Assembly: GCA_964035545.1 (NCBI GenBank)
Contig: OZ037770.1
Location: forward strand, 10,994,463-11,058,462
Source: Bugula neritina
Taxonomy: Eukaryota > Animalia > Bryozoa
Direction of reading: 5' to 3'
Length of the DNA stretch: 64,000 nucleotides
Of this stretch, positions 52,996-64,000 are shown piece by piece. The notes below the pieces were generated by a model. The model did no database searches and had not been told where the DNA came from. It saw only the letters and a program-made list of their open reading frames with translations. Position numbers and translations under genes: made by a program. The number at the start of each line of letters is the position of its first letter. Position 1 is the first letter of the stretch.

Positions 52996-54059
52996 ATTAC
53001 TTGTAAAAAAAAACAATTACACTTGCAAATGTTTCTTTTAATGTTGCATGCATGTAATCCGCAAGGTTATTTGTATTTTTACTCAATATATGTTCAATGT
53101 TTAGTTAATCTTGTGTAGTCAATAAAGAAAGAAGAATGTGTTATACAGAATCATATTTAATTGTAGTAGGTAAAATAATTTAAGTTTTAATGTAGTAATG
53201 TGCACTATCGGGAATTAGTAAAAGTTGTATAAATTTTATAAACTAGCTTTCAAGTGTCTATATAATATGTTATATATCTAGTGCGGTCTTTTTGATAAGT
53301 AGCATAAACCTAGTTTAATAAACTTATAGATAAATATAGTTTGCAACAGTTTAAACATCAAAGCCTCAGGCGAGCTAAGCAACTAAAAAGCATGAAATAG
53401 AAGATAGCAACATATTTCAGTATTATTTGTATAGATATTCTTATAAATAATACTTATATTCTTGCATTATTTAACATTTAGTTAACTAAAGTATATAGTT
53501 TTGTGTTTCATGAAGAGTAATGTTTTGAGTTTTAATATGGAGCTCTTTCCTAAAATTTGATTACTTTTAAAAAAATCAATTACTGCATTTGCAAATGTTT
53601 CTTATGATGTTTCATGCGCATGTAATCCTAATGTAATCTTAATGGTTTGTTTCAAGTGATTAAAGAGAAATGTTATATTCTAAAATGTACAGTTCATAAA
53701 GTTCATTATTCTGGATCTAAGAACCAGATCTATGAAAAGGTTGTTTTACATATATTTAAATTTATTTGATTTTGCTTATTATGTTACAAGTTTAATTAAA
53801 GTTTTCAAAATGAAATGAATGCAATCAATATAAGTAGTTTGAAACAACTAATATATATCTAATGGACGTATGAATATTATCATGTTGGTATAACTTTATC
53901 AATATTTTTAAAATTATTTTTATTATAGATGACCGTGAGCAGTTATTATTTACCAAGAAGAGCAGTCTAGCTGTATGCAGTGTGTTTGAGTTAGCCAAAG
54001 TATAATCTTTCCTGATATATGTTGCTAAACTCTTTATGACTACCCAAGGTTTGGAGAGA

Positions 54060-56518
<2,459 letters not shown>

Positions 56519-57634
56519 CCACTCAAAGCTATTCTTACTATACACAATGGCTCACTAATTACTTAAATTCTCTTGTACCTTTCTATCAGTGTTTAATCAG
56601 ATTTGTCAACTGGCGTATTTTAGCCACCCTACGGATTAGTTGTTGAAAGTCTTGGGCAGAACTGCCTCACAAAGTAAAGCGCATGATGTCGATTTTAATT
56701 TAATTTGGTTACATAGTCAATTGATGTCTGGCAATTTTTTTCTGTATAGCTGACTGGAATAGTTTCCATAAATTAGTAAAGTTAATGCCGCTATAGTGTA
56801 GTTGTAAAACAACTGAGCAAGGTTGAATTATAATACACACTCTGATTAGCATTACGTGATTGATTTTCTCATTTGATGCATAGGATACGTGTCATCCTTC
56901 CATAAGTGTTGTCCCTTACAAAGCCATTCAAATCATGTGAATGCAGTTATATAGATTTATAGTGAATATATATATATTAGGTAACTTTTTATTACTAGTG
57001 GTTAATGCTATAAACCTATATAAACAATGTTTTACTAAATTTATGACCGGAGTATGAAAGTGTTTTCACATGTCTTGTTGCAAGAATAATAATATTGTGA
57101 TTTTTATTCAATAACCAACTTGAAGCAATTATCTTTTGTGACTCTTCAATAAATTAGTCTTTGTTTGAGAAGTTTAATTGTGCTATACATTATGTAAAGC
57201 ACTTGAAAGTTAATAAATTTATTAGCTATTGTTTAAAGAAAAAGGGAGTGCTCCTTTGGTAAACTATGGAAGTTTACTATCAATTCGTGTATAACTGTTA
57301 ATTAAGCATTTTAATTTACAAATTTTCTTTTGTTTAGTAATCACTGTGATCTAAATAAAAGATGTTCTTATTGTGGTATTTTGATTTAATTTTAAAATTG
57401 GGCACTGTATAAAAATTTTTCTTCGTTGCAAACATACACAAAAAATCATATATCATAAGCTAAGTAAGATTTTACACCAGAATTGCTGAATAATGCTTTA
57501 TAAACTTTTCCACAGACTAATGATAAGATATCTCTGGCAGAATGGATTTAGGAATATTCGGTTCTTACGTTAAACTGAACTAGAAGTATACGTAGATGGA
57601 TTTGTGATAAATGTGGTATTAAGGGGTTTGCTAA

Positions 57635-57760
57635 GCATGTGGTAGGTGTGTGGTATGTCTGTGGTATATAACATGCATGGTATATGTGTGCTACTTGTGT
57701 GGTATGCGTGTGTGGTATAGGTGTATGGTAAGTGTGTGGTATAGGTGTATGATAAGTGTT
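57635..57760. repeat. Degenerate TG-rich minisatellite (gtgtggtat core)
   Basis: Direct reading. Confidence 0.7.
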
Positions 57761-57991
57761 TAATGTTAATCCTGAATGTAGGTTACTTTACAGTGAGCAA
57801 GGTACAATTTTTAAAGAACAGCTATACAGAGACTCAAATACTCCAAAACATTTGACAATTTAAGACATTTACTTTAAAATGTATTCATATTTGCTAGCAT
57901 ACAAGAACCATTTATAAAGATTAATTTTACAACAAATAATAAATTGAATAGTGCTTTAGCATAAGCCATGCAATGAAAAAATGAAGCCAAA

Positions 57992-58272
57992 TCAATTATA
58001 GAGTGTGTATATAATTATGACATACTCAGGGTAAACTTTATTGTTATTAAACAGCTGGTAATGATATGGGGTTTCTATATTATTTACAAATGACGCAAAC
58101 TGAGATCTATTAGGTGAGCCTAGGTCACTGCTCTGATATTTATGTAATTTTCCAGTGACCGCTCGAACTCTTACATATACATGAGAGTCATATTCATAAG
58201 GCTGATCAATCACTTGTTCTGTATCACCAACTCTTGGACGAAAATAAATGCTCTGTGTTATTTTGCCAAAGC
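57992..58272 (-). pseudogene. Terminal exon resembling the C-terminal half of a PARP (mono-ART type) catalytic domain; upstream exons not identified
   Basis: Acceptor tttttag at 58273; FGK...SIYF, VYVRVRAVTG, FASFVNNIETPYHYQLFNNNKVYPEYVI match the PARP7/11-15 pattern G.GvYFA...arVltG...yDS.Vd....P..fVif...q.YPEYlI. Confidence 0.55.
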
Positions 58273-58938
58273 CTAAAAAATATATTACCAAACTTATGGC
58301 TCCCTTTGAACATTTCACAACTGCTTCATTATAGAATCATGGTGTCAGGCTGTTTCAAATGTATGGATTGTATGATATTTATCAGGTCAAGGTGATGTTT
58401 AAATCAATAAAGTTATCCACCATACAGACTACAACATCATTTCAGTAACAAATTGAACTGCAGTGAAAGTGGGTTTTAAACAGCTGTTAAATTTATCAAA
58501 CAAAAATCCTGAATATACATCTTCTGTGTTTAACAAAATAGTCTTAATTATGTATTATAGCTTCTTATTAGATAGTTTTATGATGAATGTATAAGATGAT
58601 TACATAATTTACTATAAACCATTTTAAATGACCAGGAAGACACAAAAAGAGGTTTTGAAAAATCTAACTTGGTGAAAATCTAAAATTATACATTCTTAGC
58701 TTTACCAGATTTTGAATGACATATATACTAAATAAAGTATACATTACAGATTTATGTCATTTTTGCACAATACATAAAACCTACTAATTAAATACAATAG
58801 TTGTATACTTAGTAGTTTGCTGGTACCTTTAACATTGGTACGGAAATTCAGTAAGTGATTTTGGTAAGTGATTTTTGAACAATAATTTTGCCCCCACCTG
58901 AGTCCTCTGGCTTGCAAGCAAGTGTGCTACCATTACAT

Positions 58939-58941
<3 letters not shown>

Positions 58942-59005
<64 letters not shown>
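58942..59005. repeat. (TA)n microsatellite
   Basis: Direct reading. Confidence 0.95.
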
Positions 59006-59020
<15 letters not shown>

Positions 59021-59889
59021 TTTATATAAACACATTATATAATCTGAATCAGCATGGTTTCATGTTTTAATTCTCAAAATAATGGCAATCTTTTGTATTA
59101 CATCACTTTGAGCTGCCATTATAATATTCAAATCTAGATAACCACTCAAGTATGTTAGATCTCCAGCAATTAGTATCTCAGTAACAGCAAAGACCATAGT
59201 TAATCTACTTACAGATAAGAAAATCTTAAATGCTAAGAGCATAACAAGATAAAAATTATTATATATGCCTACATGGTTGTTTAAAAATTGATAACATTGA
59301 TTGCGCAAGTGCCTTTATATTATCTCTCCCAGTAACTGTAAATTTTCACTTACCTTAGTATTCACACAAAGAACAGCACACTTAAGTATGTGCAGGCACA
59401 TTATATATACTAACTGACTGCTATAATTACTTGCCATTTGTTCAAAGATTACTGAAGGGATATCTGAGACTACAACAGTGCTATAGTAAGTCTACATTCA
59501 TAGAAGCTGCTTCTGCTGCTTTGACCTTAAAGTTGTACAGCTGAATGTTTTATTAAATATTGTTTTGTATTCTTTAAATAAATGCCCCCACCTGGGTTTA
59601 AACCACAGACCTCAGGTTTGCAAGCAAGCGCTTGCTAACCAATTATACCACAAGGGCTTCTGGATTCCAAATAACAATCCTCCCAGTTCTCTCCAGAACT
59701 GCACTGCCCCCCCCCCACATACTTTGTCAGTTTATGGGCTCCACTTGCTACTCAACTTGCTGAGAGTACCTCCACAAAACAAGGCCAAAATAGCTTATGA
59801 AAAAACTTTGTCCCAACTGGGATTTGAACCTGAGACCTCTGGCTTTCAAGCAAAAATGCTAACCATTTACACCATGAGTATGCTGGGTA

Positions 59890-60095
59890 AACATGGTCTA
59901 GGGGTTAGAGTGTTTGCCTAGTAAGCACTGAGTCGTAGGCTCGAGCCCTGACAAAGGCCATTGGTAATGTTAACAAGAGCATCCAGTAGTAATTGCTCCT
60001 TTGCCTCATCTTAATAAGTCCTCAGCCCGATTTAACGAAAACCCCTTCCATCAGGGGTTTCTCACAGGGATAGTGACTATAAACTCACGTGAGTT
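59890..60095 (+). mobile_element. tRNA-derived SINE (best-preserved copy)
   Basis: A-box TGGTCTAGGGG and B-box-like GGCTCGAGCCC followed by a non-tRNA body shared with three minus-strand copies; flanked by duplicated tatgctgggtaaac (59879/60099) as a probable TSD. Confidence 0.8.
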
Positions 60096-60306
60096 TTTTA
60101 TGCTGGGTAAACTCAACACTACATATTATTTAAACAATAATGTCACTTAAGACACTAATCAGTTTGATATTAGACATGCAATTTCTTTACACACTATGCA
60201 GCAATGCAAGTTGCTAATGTCAAAAATTTTACCTAAAAGATTAAGGTAAAGCTTATTATATTGATTTTAGCAATCTATACATTTGCAGCAGACTCAGTTG
60301 TAGAAA

Positions 60307-63300
60307 ATGGCAACTGCTGCAAGTTTGGATACAATAAGAAGAGAATGTGGTTTCTGTCTTCAAGTAGACGATGATTTGGTAGATCCTAAGCAACTTCCCT
60401 GTTCTCATGTACACTGTGGCCCGTGCCTCAAAGGGGCTTTTAGTATTGCAAGAATACTGAAATGTCCCCATTGCAGGTAATGCCATGCAGTTTAATAAAT
60501 TATGTGCATTAAGCAAGTTTTTAGAGTGACCTCTAGGCTTTTGTGCATGACACCTTGCAGTTGTTTTTTCAAATTCTATATGCATTAATTCTTTGTTTCA
60601 AAAATCGATAAGTCCATTCAATTGATAGTGTTACCGGCAAAACTTTTTGGATGCCTATATACGGTTGTTGTAGATTCAGTACAAGTATTTCAATTTATTG
60701 TATCAAAATTATATATTCAAAAAAACTAATGGTTATTGGAGCTTAAGCACTTTGGTGTTTTAGAAATCTTTTTCATACACATTATTTGACATCGCTTAGA
60801 TTTTAATATGATATTTTTGTGCAAAATATTTTTTTTCAAGTTTAATTTTTTAAAGGGAGTTACAAAAAGATATGGTTTTTTTATAATCATTTCTTACGAA
60901 TATATGCAGTGTATATTTTTCTTGGCACAAATCATCTCACTTATACAATACTGTTTGCAGTGAAGTATTTGGAGAAGATGTCGACAATTTGCCTTCAGCT
61001 GAACAGCTCACAGAAGATTCTTTACAGATAAAATGTGATCCTTGTTATGACAATGAAGGAGTTACTGTTCCAGCTGTTATCTGTTGTCCAGAATGCCAAC
61101 AAAATTACTGCCTTTCACACAAGGAGGTTTAGTATTAGTTATGTACATTAACATGATGGGTTGTTAAGCTGTTTGGATTCCAATAAGTATTATAATTGAA
61201 ATGCTATATCAACTTACGCACCAGTACAAAATGTTATATCCTTGAAGATATCATACAGGTCACTGCTTTGCATAATCATAAGATTTATCAAATAGGTTAA
61301 TCGAGTAGGTATGTAGATGATGGTCATCTTTGCAGAATTCGACTGGCAAATTAAAATACAATTGTGCATGCATATTCAAAAAATTTGATCTTTTATAAAA
61401 AATTACTAAACTTTTTTCTGAGGTCTATCTAATATTACCTTTAAAATTCTGATTTGTGTCCTTCCAAAGTGAATTATAGGTTGAACTTTCGTATAAAGAG
61501 CTAACTCATTAAAAATTAAAGTTTGTCTGCTACTTAAAATTTTAATTGTGCGATATAATTATAATTTTAGAAAATATATATTTTGAAATAAACACACATA
61601 TTAGCAGTTTGATCAAAATAAACTTTAAAAAATTTCCTTTGTGAAAAATGTTGAACAAAATAAATTTGAAAGTACTTTTGAGGTTTTGGCTGCTGAGCAA
61701 TACTGAAGTGCCACTTCAGCATTGCTCAGTAACTAAAAAGTGTGTTCAACAATTTTCGTTTTAGGAGGACACAACTCCTAAGTGTAAGTGACATCTTTTT
61801 GGAGATTTCTAAAAAGAGTCTTATACTGTATGAACAAATTTAAATGATCAATATTTGAACCAATATCCGGTATAATCAACCTTAGAAAAATTTTGAGTTC
61901 TAAATTTTAAACTTTTGCAGCAACATGAAAAGCTTCTTCGTAATCATAAAACTCTTACAACACAAGAATATAGAGCTAATGCTAACAAGATGAAGGTTAG
62001 GTTCTGTGATAAACATAGAGATCAACCTTACAGTGTTGGATGTAGAGATTGTTTGAGTCTCTGTTGTGTGAAATGTCTGTCTGGTTTGAAGAACTGTACC
62101 AGCACCGGTGAGTGGATAATAAATAATAATTATATACCAGCATTGGTGATTGGTTAATAATTATTAACGCAGTCACATTAGTTATGGGTCAACAGCTATA
62201 TGTACCAGCACTGATGATTGGCTGGCAACTATATATCCACACTTGTGATTGCATGTCTGATCAACAATTTTATACTATATAAGTGGTTATGTAATCTCTC
62301 AACTCATCAACCAAGAGTTTTTTTCTGGAACGGTATATTTAGAAAATATAATATGACAATATAGACAAAAATAGTCCTGTTGAAAAATCTTCAATAAACT
62401 ACATTTGTAAAAAAGACTTTAAAACTCAATTTCTGATGATATATCTACAGTTTTCTTGTAGATAATAGCTAGTCTTTTTGGTTTATGTCTACAAAGTTTC
62501 ATGTCGGAATCTTTGTAGGCAATCCTTGTCATTAGCCAATGACATCCTAACTTAGCTGAGAGCTATTCAAATAATAGTCACATTATATTCTATATGTTCT
62601 AGAGATATGTATTTACACAATGGTGTGAGACTCAGATGTACTTGTAGGTGTCAATCACAAACTCTGCTCTCTTGAAGAACTGACGTCTGAGTTGAAACAA
62701 GACATCAATGCACTGACTTCTAAACTCAGCAACAAAGAGGGAAAATGGGCTTCTATTAGCAAGTCCACTAGTACCTTGTTATCTGACTTCACATTGAAAA
62801 CGGAGAGGTTCGTTGATTCCTTGGAAAAAACAAAAGAAGAGCAGGTAAATGTTACATGTCTCAGTTTTGCTTAAGGTAAATTGTGTTGTTAGTTTCAGAA
62901 TATCAGTAACATTACAATAAATTTTCTAATTAGATTTTTTGCTACTAGGTTAAAATTACATTACAATAATTATGTCTATATTTAAACTAAAGAAATCACA
63001 AAAACAATTGAAAAGTTATGCTGAGAAAATAAAATAAGTGGAATCGAAAAATTACCACCAAAGTGGCTTACCGTTATAGATTGTTGGGTAATCTAATTAC
63101 CGCATGTTAGTAGTCAATTGCTACTCAAACTAATGTAAAAGTAATTTAAAAGTATTATTTCATTTGTTTACTCAAATGGCTAGCTTTTAATAAATTTTCT
63201 TGATGCATAACACTTTTTGAAAGATTGGAGAACTTACTTCAAAATATGAAAGTTTGAAATCGGACTTTCTAAAACAACGACAAGAAATTCAGAAAAAGAT

Positions 63301-63954
63301 AAACCAGTTTATAGAAGCAGATGTAAATGAAGAGTGTTCAAATTTTTGGACGCAAAGAGTAAGAATTTTGGCTAAGCTTCGTCAAAATCATCAAGTACGT
63401 ATCTGCATGTTTTTAGGTGTACCGTAGTTAACAAAAGTTGTTAAGAAAATTATTGCATATCATATAGACTGAAAGTACAGTTTAAAAATGTATGAAATAT
63501 AAGTAGATTTACTTAATTTAACAGTCTCTAGTTACAATAAACAGGGCGTTAATAAGATTTTTTATCAACATTGACCAAATATGATAATGCTTTTTATGCC
63601 ATATTTTTTATTATTAAAATATTGCTTAAACAACATATTCAAAAGTTGTTTTTTCTTTATTTAAGGCTATGTTAAGCTCAACTAAAAGTGTATTTGTAGT
63701 ATAAATTATACAAAATTACTTTATGAACTCATATTTCAAACTTGATCAAAAATAACTTACCACTCACATTTTATTCTTGAACTGGGCGCTTTTTTATTAA
63801 ATTTCTTAGGACCACCTGTTATAGTGTTTTTTATTTGTGATAAAGGTTGACATTGTTAATGACTACAGAGAGATCAAGCAGCATATAGATAATCTTCTAG
63901 GCAAAGCGACACCTGCTTTACAGTTGAAGAAAATACCAGAACTGAGAACTACAG
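60307..63954 (+). CDS. TRIM-family E3 ubiquitin ligase (RING, B-box1, B-box2, coiled coil), 3'-partial; exons 60307-60476, 60961-61126, 61921-62107, 62648-62844, 63224-63394, 63846-63954
   Basis: CGFC...LPCSHVHCGPC...CPHC (C3HC4 RING); CDPC...CCPECQQNYCLSHKEQHEKLLRNH (B-box1); CDKHRDQPYSVGCRDCLSLCCVKC...H (B-box2); heptad-rich exons; all junctions in phase; continues past the window. Confidence 0.9.
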
Positions 63955-64000
63955 GTGAGACAAACCCCAAGTTCAGGTTAAAGGAAACTATATGGTATTA

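Noticed and set aside
59580-59880. tRNA-like sequences (also 23195-23265, 38540-38605, 58890-58940)
   Set aside because: Stems and boxes are degenerate and embedded in repeats; these are SINE heads, not functional tRNAs.
60256-60585. Antisense ORFs over real exons (also 11846-12115, 13111-13332, 21017-21259, 33256-33513, 44085-44339, 56034-56306)
   Set aside because: Shadows of + strand coding exons with no independent protein features.

Overview
AT-rich, intron-containing animal (invertebrate, probably lophotrochozoan; taxon is inference only) genomic DNA that reads as an innate-immunity locus. All gene models were spliced by hand from GT-AG sites and checked for phase. (1) Most notable: three tandem paralogous multi-exon genes (11969-13315, 19811-21879, 24707-27184) encode signal peptide + BRICHOS-like domain precursors. 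Two carry unrelated Cys-free, strongly cationic/aromatic peptides behind furin-type sites, placed between the BRICHOS domain and a conserved terminal beta-strand; the third has no peptide. This is a candidate new family of linear BRICHOS-chaperoned antimicrobial peptides. (2) Three PAN/apple + F-type lectin genes (one with a nonsense codon) have hypervariable binding loops and are interleaved with two intronless class A GPCR paralogs (one frameshifted). (3) There is a degenerate PARP-like terminal exon and the 5' part of a RING-B-box-B-box-coiled-coil TRIM gene. Mobile DNA includes a 2.4-kb long-TIR element, a nested LINE>hAT>LTR insertion, tRNA-derived SINEs, a 211-bp palindrome, and mini/microsatellites.
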